Of a stretch of DNA of 64,000 nucleotides, positions 1 through 8,876 are shown in pieces. The notes beneath the pieces were generated by a model. That model did not search any database. It was given only the letters and a program-made list of their open reading frames with translations, and had not been told where the DNA came from. Numbering within the stretch: position 1 is the first letter of the stretch; each line of letters begins with the position of its first letter. Origin of the DNA: Nitrospirota bacterium (GTDB lineage: Bacteria; Nitrospirota; UBA9217); assembly GCA_963818475.1 (NCBI GenBank), contig CAWFSF010000006.1, forward strand, positions 448,001 to 512,000, written 5' to 3'. Both the position numbers and the translations under genes were made by a program.

Positions 1-42
1 ATCCTGCGAGGCTCTCGGCACGGGAATGGTAAGAGGATAGCA

Positions 43-489
43 TTGCGCTATTATTTCAGGGACCGCATCCGTTCGCTCTTTCAGTTGAATGACACCCCGC
101 ATCGGCTTGCCCTGGCATTCGCTCTCGGCGTGTTTATCGCCTTTTCGCCCACAGTCGGACTGCATTTAATTTCGTGCGTTGTTATCGCCTGGGCATTCCG
201 GCTGAGCAAGGTCGTGGTGTTCACCGCTTCTCTCATCAACAATCCCTGGACCATCGTGCCGATGTACGGATTTTGCATCTGGTTCGGCAGCAAGCTCATG
301 GGGCGCGAGATCGCCATGCCGCAGATCGCGTGGAATGAGCTTACCCTGTCCAGTGCCTATGTGGTCATTAAGCCGTACTTCTGGCCTTTTGTTGCGGGAA
401 CGCTGGTGGCAGGAGGCATTGCCGCTGTCATGGCATACTTTTTAATCTATTGGCTGGTGATCCGCTACAGAAAAGTGGAAGGCAAATAA
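43..489 (+). CDS. DUF2062 family membrane protein
   Basis: 148 aa hydrophobic ORF with TPHRLALAFALGVFIAFSP and NNPWT..PMY motifs typical of DUF2062. Confidence 0.8.
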   Translation: MRYYFRDRIRSLFQLNDTPHRLALAFALGVFIAFSPTVGLHLISCVVIAWAFRLSKVVVFTASLINNPWTIVPMYGFCIWFGSKLMGREIAMPQIAWNELTLSSAYVVIKPYFWPFVAGTLVAGGIAAVMAYFLIYWLVIRYRKVEGK

Positions 490-531
490 AGCGTTACGGC
501 AACCTTTGGCTTGGAGCAAAAGACGTATATA

Positions 532-560
532 TTGACTGGATGAATTATATTGATTATGAT
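532..560 (+). promoter_or_regulatory. sigma-70-type promoter of the + strand glycan operon
   Basis: TTGACT-17 nt-TATGAT. Confidence 0.55.
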
Positions 561-628
561 ATGCGTCACTATCCCGATACATTCACGAAGAGCTATCAGC
601 CTAAGCAGTATCGGATAACAATCTCAGG

Positions 629-933
629 ATGAATGGTGAGAACAGTCCTTTGGCATCCCCCTCGTATCGGTAGTCATCGTGAATTGGAACGGCAGGCATC
701 TCCTGGAGGAATGTTTGGATTCACTCCAGGCACAGACCTGCCGGGATTTTGAGATAGTTCTTGTTGATAACGGTTCGCAGGATGGTTCCTCTGGGTTTGC
801 GCGGGAACAATATCCCGGCGTCAAGCTGATCCAGCTGGGAGAGAACCGCGGTTTTTCCGGCGAGAACAACACCGGCAAGCGGGAAAGCTGGTGGCGAATA
901 AGATTCTCATTCCCCACCCCACCGTGTGAATAG
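629..933 (+). pseudogene. truncated GT2 glycosyltransferase (N-terminal fragment)
   Basis: PLVSVVIVNWNG..LDSL..EIVLVDNGSQDGS..NRGFSGENNTG, then similarity is lost and the ORF stops; ATG at 629 joins this frame only if the C5 run at 657-661 is C6. Confidence 0.7.
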
Positions 934-1015
934 AACGGCTCTGGTAATAGATCAATAGCAATCTTCGACTGAGCAGCACTGAGCAGCCTTGACTGTTCAC
1001 CGGGAATGGATTATC

Positions 1016-2032
1016 ATGGCCTCCATGTCAACTGAACCGGTCAGCATCGTAATCCCCATGTACAATGCTGAAAAATATATTGCGCAGGTCCTTGACGCTA
1101 TTTTTCAGCAGGAGTATCCCGGCGAACGGGAAGTGATCGTGGTGAATGACGGCAGCCGCGACCGTTCTTTGGAGATCGTGCAAGAGTATGCCTGGCAGCG
1201 GACAGGGATCACGGTCATTGATCAAGCCAATCTGGGTGCCGTGACGGCAACCAATAACGGTTTTAAGGCAGCGCGATACAATACTATCTGCAGTGTTGAT
1301 TCTGACGTAGTATTACACCCGGACTGGCTCGATAAGATTATGGCCGAGTTCGCCGATCCTCGCGTGGGAGCCGTGCAGGGATATTATAAAACCCCGGAGG
1401 GAATATCATTCTGGGCGCGGATGATGGGGTATGACGTGGAGAAGCGGTACGACGACATCAAGGAGAAATACGTATCCCAGGTCTGTACCGGCAATACAGC
1501 CTACCGGAAGTCGGCGCTTGAGCAGGTCGGGCTTTTTGATCCTGCGTTCATTTACGGATATGACAACGATATGAGTTATCGGCTTCAAAAAGCCGGATAT
1601 ACACTCGTTTTCCGCAAAGACGCACTTTGCGATCATTACTGGAAGGCGGACCTTTCAAGCTATATAAAACAGCAATATCGCTCCGCATACGGCAGAATGC
1701 AACTCGTTCAGCGGCACAGGGACCGGGCAGGCGGCGATAGCGTGTCCGGTCTGCGCATGATCCTGCAGGTCCCGCTCACGGTCCTGTCGATCGGGTTGGC
1801 CGGAACCGGGGTCTTCCTCAGCATGTTCGGATGGCCGGGCACACTCCTGCTCAATTCCGCTGCTCTTATCTTCGCCGGGCTCATGGCTGACCGGCTGGCC
1901 TTTGCGTACAGCATCATGCGGAAGCAGCATGATGCGCGTGTTCTGCTCCTGCCATTCGTTCACATACTGAGAAATGGCGTCTGGTGCGTTGCGCTGGTGC
2001 GATGGATGCTGGGGACCCTATGGACAAGATAG
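1016..2032 (+). CDS. GT2 glycosyltransferase with C-terminal membrane helices
   Basis: VSIVIPMYN, VNDGSRD, DSD (DxD) motif, YD/Q..R motifs, hydrophobic C-terminus. Confidence 0.9.
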   Translation: MASMSTEPVSIVIPMYNAEKYIAQVLDAIFQQEYPGEREVIVVNDGSRDRSLEIVQEYAWQRTGITVIDQANLGAVTATNNGFKAARYNTICSVDSDVVLHPDWLDKIMAEFADPRVGAVQGYYKTPEGISFWARMMGYDVEKRYDDIKEKYVSQVCTGNTAYRKSALEQVGLFDPAFIYGYDNDMSYRLQKAGYTLVFRKDALCDHYWKADLSSYIKQQYRSAYGRMQLVQRHRDRAGGDSVSGLRMILQVPLTVLSIGLAGTGVFLSMFGWPGTLLLNSAALIFAGLMADRLAFAYSIMRKQHDARVLLLPFVHILRNGVWCVALVRWMLGTLWTR

Positions 2033-2739
2033 CAAAGGCGAAAAAATTCGAACAGGAGCTGGTGCATGGCAAGGGGCTCATCCCAACTCCGTCATCCTGG
2101 ATCGATTATTTTTGGGAAGCACACCGCAATAAGGTCGTGGCTTCGCTGAGCGAACCCTTTCAGCAGGCATCGACGGTATTGTTCATTGGCGTCGGAACCG
2201 GCGATGTGATCCCAAGATTGCGCCCTGTTGGCAAGAGGATCATCGGCATCGATCTGAACAAAACCTGTCTTGCGCAGGCTGCTCAATACTGTGAGGCTGT
2301 TGAGGGGGACGGATCAACCCTTCCTCTTGACGATGAAAGCTGCGACCTGGTCGTGTGCAATATGGTCCTCCACCATATCGTGGAGCAGGGTGGCCTGGAA
2401 AAGACCCTGAGTGAAGCCGCTCGCGTTCTGAGGCCGGGCGGCCGGTTCATGGCCTATGAACCGAACATCTATCATCCTTCAGGAATGGCGTTGACTCTCC
2501 TCAATACCTTTCACCTCTACCATGCGGTAGGGGGGGGGAGCAATTACGAACGAGCGCTATCTCCCTTTTCTCTGGTCAGAGCGTGCCGGCCTTATTTCCA
2601 AAAGGTCCGGGTCCGCACGCTTACATTCGGGCACCCCCGGTTTCCCCTGTTTATGCAAAATACGCTTTTCAGGCTTGATACACCGTGCGCGGCGTTATAC
2701 CCGTTCAGCTTTAGTTTTGCCATCGAAGCAGTCAAATAA
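2020..2739 (+). CDS. class I SAM-dependent methyltransferase
   Basis: VLFIGVGTG motif I, IGID, LPLDDESCDLV..MVLHH, RVLRPGG; start taken at ATG 2020 overlapping the upstream gene end. Confidence 0.85.
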   Translation: MDKIAKAKKFEQELVHGKGLIPTPSSWIDYFWEAHRNKVVASLSEPFQQASTVLFIGVGTGDVIPRLRPVGKRIIGIDLNKTCLAQAAQYCEAVEGDGSTLPLDDESCDLVVCNMVLHHIVEQGGLEKTLSEAARVLRPGGRFMAYEPNIYHPSGMALTLLNTFHLYHAVGGGSNYERALSPFSLVRACRPYFQKVRVRTLTFGHPRFPLFMQNTLFRLDTPCAALYPFSFSFAIEAVK

Positions 2740-2826
2740 TTCTGAAGTACGATGGCGCGCGTGACCGGAAAGGTCTGGATCGCGTAATTCCGCGGTGAAC
2801 CGTTAAGTCGGTTGTGAGGACCCTGC

Positions 2827-4278
2827 ATGAAAATTGGTCTTATCGTCCCCCCTGCAATTTCGCAGGACAGAATCCCTGAACGGGTTTACGGCTGCACGTT
2901 TACGTACTACAAACAGCCCCAGCTTCCGCTCCTGTATGTCGGAGCTGTTCTCGAGAGGGAAGGCCATCAGGTCGTGTTCAGGGACTTCACCGGCAGGAAT
3001 GCTTGGGATGCGTTTGTCAGCTTTGTCGATGCCGCACCCTGCGATCTCTATGTTTTCCATACCGTCCTGCTGGCGGAAAGCGTTGACCTCCGGGCGGCAC
3101 GGCATGTCCTGGAGCATACCGCAGCGAAAATCATTTTCTTCGGCCCCCAGCCGACGCTGAAGCCGCGGAACTTCCTGACGAGCGACCGGTGCTATGTGGC
3201 ACGTGGTGAGGCTGAATTCATAATCCGTGACCTGGCTCGGGCTTTGGAGCACGGTGGTCTTGAGACCGTAAAAGGCATATCCTATCTCAGAACAAGCCAG
3301 ATGGTCGAGGCCGAAAGCTATGGAGTCATCGAGGACCTGGACAGCCTTCCTTTCCCGGCTCGCCATCTGATCGAACGCGGGAAGGATGATTTTTTCAATC
3401 CAAAGCTGCCCTACCGGCCCGTGACGCTGGTCCTGACCTCGCGGGGCTGCAGGTTCCGCTGCTACTATTGCGTGCCCAATGCAATCAGCTGGGCACGCGA
3501 GCTGGAATGGAAGCGGTTTCATCCCGGCACCAAGCCGCCAGTGACGCTCCGGTCTCCCGGGAACATCGCCGCCGAGTTCACGGCCATAAAAGCCCAGGGA
3601 TATCAGGCCGTGTCCATCCTCGATGATATGTTTCTTTTTGGCGGCAAGGAAAGGATTCTGGAGATATGTCGTGGATTAGAACGAGTTCAGCTACCCTTCG
3701 GAGGACTTTCTCGCTGTGAATTTGTGCTCGATGATGAAGTGGGTCAGGCACTGGCACGGGCTGGCTGTAAGTATATCGATCTGGGGATCGAGTCGCTCAA
3801 TCAAAATGTGCTCAATGATATTAAAAAGGACCTGGATATTTCGAAGGTCCGGCAGGCCATCGACCTGCTGAACAAGTATGGGATCGAGCCAAAAGCCAAT
3901 ATCATGTTCGGAGCCTCGCCGCTGGAAACGAAAGACACAATCCGTTCCACGGTTGAGACGATCTCAGCATATCCACTCAATTACTGCATGTTCCTGATTG
4001 CAACCCCATTTCCCGGGACGGAGTTCGATAAGCAAGCAAGGCAGAACGGGTGGGCAATTGAACCAGACATAAATGATCTGGAGAACAATCTTTCGCCTAC
4101 GAACAAGTCACTCGTGGAATACCCACATCTGGGCAAAGGAGACCTGGAACATGCGGTAAAGAAAGCAAATCGGCGATTTTATCTCAGTCCCAGGAGGATT
4201 TGGTTCCAGCTGAGCAAGGTCAGTTCCTGGAAGGCGTTGAAGGATTTGATGGTGACCGGCTGGAAGATCATAAAGTAG
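2827..4278 (+). CDS. cobalamin-binding radical SAM protein #1
   Basis: N-terminal B12-type domain (PLLYVGAVL, FFGPQPT, RGEAE), TSRGCRFRCYYC, GIES, TPFPGT. Confidence 0.9.
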   Translation: MKIGLIVPPAISQDRIPERVYGCTFTYYKQPQLPLLYVGAVLEREGHQVVFRDFTGRNAWDAFVSFVDAAPCDLYVFHTVLLAESVDLRAARHVLEHTAAKIIFFGPQPTLKPRNFLTSDRCYVARGEAEFIIRDLARALEHGGLETVKGISYLRTSQMVEAESYGVIEDLDSLPFPARHLIERGKDDFFNPKLPYRPVTLVLTSRGCRFRCYYCVPNAISWARELEWKRFHPGTKPPVTLRSPGNIAAEFTAIKAQGYQAVSILDDMFLFGGKERILEICRGLERVQLPFGGLSRCEFVLDDEVGQALARAGCKYIDLGIESLNQNVLNDIKKDLDISKVRQAIDLLNKYGIEPKANIMFGASPLETKDTIRSTVETISAYPLNYCMFLIATPFPGTEFDKQARQNGWAIEPDINDLENNLSPTNKSLVEYPHLGKGDLEHAVKKANRRFYLSPRRIWFQLSKVSSWKALKDLMVTGWKIIK

Positions 4279-4319
4279 AAGCGATCTGCGCAGACTGTCG
4301 TGGCTACCTATTCTAATCA

Positions 4320-5015
4320 ATGAAGATCCTGATTATCATACCGGCATACAATGAAGAAAAGAGCCTTCCCGGAGTTATCTCTGAACTGAGGAAAGAGGCT
4401 CCGGAGGCGGACGTGCTTGTCGTGAACGATGGGTCCCACGATAAGACGGTGCATATTGCGCGAGAAATGAGTGCTCAGGTTCTAGACCTGCCGTTCAACC
4501 TCGGGATCGGTGGAGCGATGCAGGCCGGGTACCTCTATGCACAGCGTCGGGGCTACGACATCGCAGTTCAGTTTGATGGCGATGGCCAGCATCTTGCCCA
4601 TGAGATAAAAAAATTGCTGCAGCCCGTGCTGGACGGGAAGGCTGATATTCTTATCGGTTCCCGGTTTCTGGGGCAGGGAGATTACAAACCCTCGTTCTCC
4701 AGAAAAATCGGAATCAAGGTCTTTTCCACTGTGTTATCATGCATCCTCGGAACGCGATTAACGGATACGACATCAGGTTTTCGCGCCGCCAACCGGCGGG
4801 TGATCGAGTTCTATGCCCGCACCTATCCCGACGATTATCCAGAAGTGGAGGCGCTGGTGCTTCTGCACAAGGCCGGGATGCGGATCGCGGAGGTTCCGGT
4901 CCACATGCGTGAGCGCACCAGCGGTCAGTCCTCCATAACAGCGGTGCGTTCGGTGTATTACATGGTAAAAGTGCTCCTGGCGGTCTTGATCGACCTGCTT
5001 AAAAAAACGAGGTGA
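4320..5015 (+). CDS. GT2, polyprenol-phosphate glycosyltransferase (DPM1-like)
   Basis: IIIPAYNEE, VNDGSHD, NLGIGGA, QFDGDGQH, GSRF, TDTTSGFR. Confidence 0.9.
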   Translation: MKILIIIPAYNEEKSLPGVISELRKEAPEADVLVVNDGSHDKTVHIAREMSAQVLDLPFNLGIGGAMQAGYLYAQRRGYDIAVQFDGDGQHLAHEIKKLLQPVLDGKADILIGSRFLGQGDYKPSFSRKIGIKVFSTVLSCILGTRLTDTTSGFRAANRRVIEFYARTYPDDYPEVEALVLLHKAGMRIAEVPVHMRERTSGQSSITAVRSVYYMVKVLLAVLIDLLKKTR

Positions 5016-5019
5016 ATCC

Positions 5020-5376
5020 ATGGATATCTTGGGCATATTGGCGATAGTCGGAAACGGGACGATCCTGCTGCTGGTCATAGAACTGATCCGCAGAGGACGA
5101 TTAAAAGAACGGTATTCTCTTGTCTGGCTCTTTGCCTGCGTTTCTCTGCTGATCCTCTCTCTGTCCAGGGAAACGCTTGAGTTCTTTTCGCATCTCGTCG
5201 GGATTTATTATGCCCCGTCCTTCCTGTTTCTTGTTGCCTTCCTGTTTCTGCTGATGATCACCCTTCACTTTTCCGTGGTCATATCGGGTCTGTCTGAAAA
5301 AAACAAAAAGCTTGCTCAGGAACTTTCATTGCTGAGGAACGAGATGGAGGGACGGGCAGCCCGGAAATCAGAGTAG
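5020..5376 (+). CDS. DUF2304 family membrane protein
   Basis: 118 aa, IRRGRLKERYSLVW, three hydrophobic segments and a coiled C-terminus; usual partner of the preceding GT2 type. Confidence 0.8.
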   Translation: MDILGILAIVGNGTILLLVIELIRRGRLKERYSLVWLFACVSLLILSLSRETLEFFSHLVGIYYAPSFLFLVAFLFLLMITLHFSVVISGLSEKNKKLAQELSLLRNEMEGRAARKSE

Positions 5377-5515
5377 ATGTACCGCAGGCTAGAGCGGGGT
5401 CCTGAATCGAATAAAACCAATACGAAATCAAAAGAATATACTTTACATGCCCCAATTTCCATGCTAAGTTTCACCACACTATCGAATAGCGACTGGTTTC
5501 AGGGAGGATTTTTCT

Positions 5516-6715
5516 ATGGGCTTCGTACAGACGATGAAGGATAAAATGGAAAGGTTCTATAGCAGCCCGCGGTTCAATGGCGCGGCGTTCATTCTCATTG
5601 CTGCGATGGTGCTTATTGCCTATTCCAATACGTTCACCGCCGCGTTTCATTTTGATGACAACCCGTCCATTGCTGAAAACCCAGTGATCAAGCACGTGAC
5701 CATGGAAAATATCACTCAGATCATTATGGGAATTCGGCCGGTCGTTTACCTGAGTCTGATGCTCAACTATCAGCTCGGCGCTCTGAATGTCGTGGGTTAC
5801 CACATATTCAATATTGCCGTTCATGTCATAAACAGCATGTTCGTCTATACGCTCATGCTCTGGACCTTTGGGATGCCCCTCCTCAGCGCCGCGTATCAGG
5901 CAAAGGCAAAAAGAATGGCATTATTCGGCGCGCTCCTGTTTGCCGTGCATCCGATCCAGACAGAGTCGGTAACGTATATTATAACCCGGACGGAGCTGCT
6001 TGCGACGTGCTTCTATCTTGCCACCTTCCTTCTATTCATCAAAGGGGTAAAAACCAAGAAGTTCGGTTACACTATCGGTGCCTTTTTTACCGCCCTCCTT
6101 GCCATGGGGTCCAAGGAATGGGCGGTAACGCTGCCGGCACTGCTCTTTGTCTATGATTTTCTGTTCCTGTCGGAAGGGAAGTTGAAGCCGATAGTGTCCC
6201 GCTGGCTAACGTATGTGATGGTAACGATTCCGTGCGCCACTGTTTTCCGCAACCTGAATCTGTTTTCGAGCAGCTCTGCCTCAGGCATCGGATTTAATTT
6301 GTCCACCACGAGTGGCATCAATGCACAGACGTACCTGCTCACCTCTTTTAATGTAATCTGGACGTATATCCGGTTGATGTTCCTGCCGATCAACCAGAAC
6401 CTCGACTACGACTATCCTATTGCAAAGACTTTGTTTGAATTCCCGACGATCATTTCTTTCATCGGACATCTGATCGTGGTGGGCGGCGCATTCTGGCTTT
6501 ATGTGAAAAAGAGATGGCTGTTGATTCCCTTTGGTGTGGCCTGGTTCTACATCGGCATCTCCCCGGTCCAGAGCGTCGTGCCGATCGTCGATGTTATTTT
6601 CGAGCACCGCATGTATATGCCGTCAATCGGCGTTTTCATCGTATTTGTTACAGCGTATGAGGGCTTGTTTGACCTCTGGACGGAAAAGAAAAGCGGTGCA
6701 GCGAAGATGCGTTAA
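5516..6715 (+). CDS. TMTC-like GT-C membrane glycosyltransferase lacking TPRs
   Basis: FHFDD loop, RPV, YHIFNIAVH, LFAVHPIQTESVTYI..R, SKE, P.NQNLDY, EHRMYMPS. Confidence 0.75.
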   Translation: MGFVQTMKDKMERFYSSPRFNGAAFILIAAMVLIAYSNTFTAAFHFDDNPSIAENPVIKHVTMENITQIIMGIRPVVYLSLMLNYQLGALNVVGYHIFNIAVHVINSMFVYTLMLWTFGMPLLSAAYQAKAKRMALFGALLFAVHPIQTESVTYIITRTELLATCFYLATFLLFIKGVKTKKFGYTIGAFFTALLAMGSKEWAVTLPALLFVYDFLFLSEGKLKPIVSRWLTYVMVTIPCATVFRNLNLFSSSSASGIGFNLSTTSGINAQTYLLTSFNVIWTYIRLMFLPINQNLDYDYPIAKTLFEFPTIISFIGHLIVVGGAFWLYVKKRWLLIPFGVAWFYIGISPVQSVVPIVDVIFEHRMYMPSIGVFIVFVTAYEGLFDLWTEKKSGAAKMR

Positions 6716-6739
6716 AGCATGAGGTCGCCAGTCCGGGGG

Positions 6740-8173
6740 TCATTTATGCGTTTTATCAAAGATCCGGGCAATAATTCTTTTAGAGTGTTTTATGCTCCAG
6801 AACAGGTGCTCAAACACGTTAAGCGCATCGTACTTGAAAATATTTTTTACCACGTTCACAATATTCGACGTTACTGATTCATGTTCATCCATGAATGCAA
6901 AATAATTTTTGCATTTGATGTTTGCCTCGTAATACGCCTGTAATCGTTCCTCCCTGGTGAAATTATCAGTTTCAAATACCACCTTGGGATTTTTCCCCTG
7001 AGTAAAACCGTCTTTCCAATCCATCAGCATGCGCCCGTTGTTTTTTACCCAGTCCCATACCTCGGTTCCCGGGAAGGGAACAAATAAATTGAAGATACAC
7101 GACTCCAATCTCAGTTTTTTTGCAAATGTAACGGACTCGCGAATAGAATTGAGGTGAGAGCCTGGCAGGCCGATAATAAAATTCCCCATAACCGAGATCT
7201 TATGCCTTCTTGCCATCGCGGCCGCACGCACGATGTCAGATAGCTCTTCTCCTTTTTTGATGGTTTTAAATTCCTCTTCTACGCCGCTCTCGATGCCGAG
7301 AGCAACGGCAAAACATCCAGCGCTCTGCATTTTCCCCATCAGTTCGTCATCGACCTTGTCCGCCCTGATCCCGTTCGGACAGGACCATTTGAGTTCCAGG
7401 TTGTCATGGGTGAGGGAATCGCAGAATGTTTTTGCCCTTTTCATGTCCAGCGAAAAATTGTCATCCTGAATATTGAAGTTGCTTATCCGGTATTGTGCTT
7501 TGGCTTTTTTAAGCTCATCGATAACCGTTTCCACGGTTCGTGGAACCCATGTCCTCCCCATGACCACTTTTACACAGCAGTAGGTGCACAGATAGGGACA
7601 GCCCCGGCTCGTAACGAGCGGGTAATTGTTAATGACGCCGTCCGTAACGCTGTCGAAAATGCCGAATTCAGGGTAGGGGATCGAATCGAGATCGGATATC
7701 CTTCCGGCATTTCCGGTAAAAATGATTTCTGAATTCTTTCTGAAGATAATTCCTTTTATTGACTCGAGGCTCCTGTTCGAAGCAAGTGCGTCGAGCAGCT
7801 GTGAGGTGACGATCTCACCTTCACCTACAACGCCGAAATCAAATAAATCGTGCTCTCTCATAAAATTGACGCCGTCGAGCGTGATGTGGGGGCCTCCGGC
7901 GATCAGGATATTGTTCTTATTTTTGACCTTTCGGGCGATCTCCAATGCATAATCCTTTGTGAAGGATTTCATGGAAAATCCGATGATGTCATAGCCCGCT
8001 ATTTCCCTGATCCTGGAGTCCTTATTCTCTCCATTATTGTTGAAATCAAAGACCTTGATATTTTTCGCCTTATTAACTTTCATTAAATAGGAGGCGACGT
8101 ATCCGATCCCGGTATTCAGTCCGAAATGAACGCCCTTGGGGTCGACAAAACAGATTTTATCATTCTTTGCCAT
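6740..8173 (-). CDS. cobalamin-binding radical SAM protein #2
   Basis: GIGYVASYL, GGPHIT, GEGE, TSRGCPYLCTYC, DDNF, GIESG, PFPGT. Confidence 0.9.
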   Translation of the reverse strand: MAKNDKICFVDPKGVHFGLNTGIGYVASYLMKVNKAKNIKVFDFNNNGENKDSRIREIAGYDIIGFSMKSFTKDYALEIARKVKNKNNILIAGGPHITLDGVNFMREHDLFDFGVVGEGEIVTSQLLDALASNRSLESIKGIIFRKNSEIIFTGNAGRISDLDSIPYPEFGIFDSVTDGVINNYPLVTSRGCPYLCTYCCVKVVMGRTWVPRTVETVIDELKKAKAQYRISNFNIQDDNFSLDMKRAKTFCDSLTHDNLELKWSCPNGIRADKVDDELMGKMQSAGCFAVALGIESGVEEEFKTIKKGEELSDIVRAAAMARRHKISVMGNFIIGLPGSHLNSIRESVTFAKKLRLESCIFNLFVPFPGTEVWDWVKNNGRMLMDWKDGFTQGKNPKVVFETDNFTREERLQAYYEANIKCKNYFAFMDEHESVTSNIVNVVKNIFKYDALNVFEHLFWSIKHSKRIIARIFDKTHK

Positions 8174-8195
8174 CGTAATTTGTCCCTTCGCGTAC

Positions 8196-8876
8196 TCAGT
8201 TTGAGAACCGGTATCTCAGCAGCGCCCAGAGGGCGGAGAAGCCGTCGGTCCAGCGTATTTTTTTTCCTTCACGGTAGGTTCTGCCGTAATAGGATATCGG
8301 CATCTCGTAAATTCGGTATTTGTTTTTGCAGAATTTCGCCGTCAGTTCCACTTCGATCTCGAATCGTTTCGAGCGTAAGGTCATGTCCTTCAAGACACTG
8401 CTTCTGAATACCTTATAGCAGCTTTCCATATCTGACAGCGTCGAGTTGTAAAGAATGTTCGCAAAGAGCGTGAGCATCTTATTGCCGACCAGATGCCAGA
8501 ACATATACACCCGCTGCGGTTTTCCCCCGGAAAGCCGCGATCCGTATACCACATCGGCCATACCCCTGAGGATCGGTTCGGCCAGGGCTTGTATCTCCTG
8601 AGGGTCGTATTCCGTATCAGCGTCCTGGACTGCCACGATGTCACCGGTTACGAGTTCGAACCCCTTTCGCAGGGCAGTTCCTTTTCCGCCGTTTTTGGTA
8701 AGGAACGCCTTTTTGAGGCCGACGATATCCAAACGCTCAAGGACATCTTTTGTCCCGTCGGTGGAGCCATCGTCCACTACGATGATCTCTTTGTCGAACC
8801 CAAGCGAGTGGACCTTTCGTATGATCGTTTCGATCGTATTCTTTTCGTTATAAACGGGAATAACAATTGAAATCAT
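8196..8876 (-). CDS. GT2, polyprenol-phosphate glycosyltransferase (DPM1-like)
   Basis: IVIPVYNE, DDGSTDGT, NGGKG, QDADTEYDP, YGSR, DMESCYK, Y.GR.Y.EGKKI.W.DG. Confidence 0.9.
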   Translation of the reverse strand: MISIVIPVYNEKNTIETIIRKVHSLGFDKEIIVVDDGSTDGTKDVLERLDIVGLKKAFLTKNGGKGTALRKGFELVTGDIVAVQDADTEYDPQEIQALAEPILRGMADVVYGSRLSGGKPQRVYMFWHLVGNKMLTLFANILYNSTLSDMESCYKVFRSSVLKDMTLRSKRFEIEVELTAKFCKNKYRIYEMPISYYGRTYREGKKIRWTDGFSALWALLRYRFSN

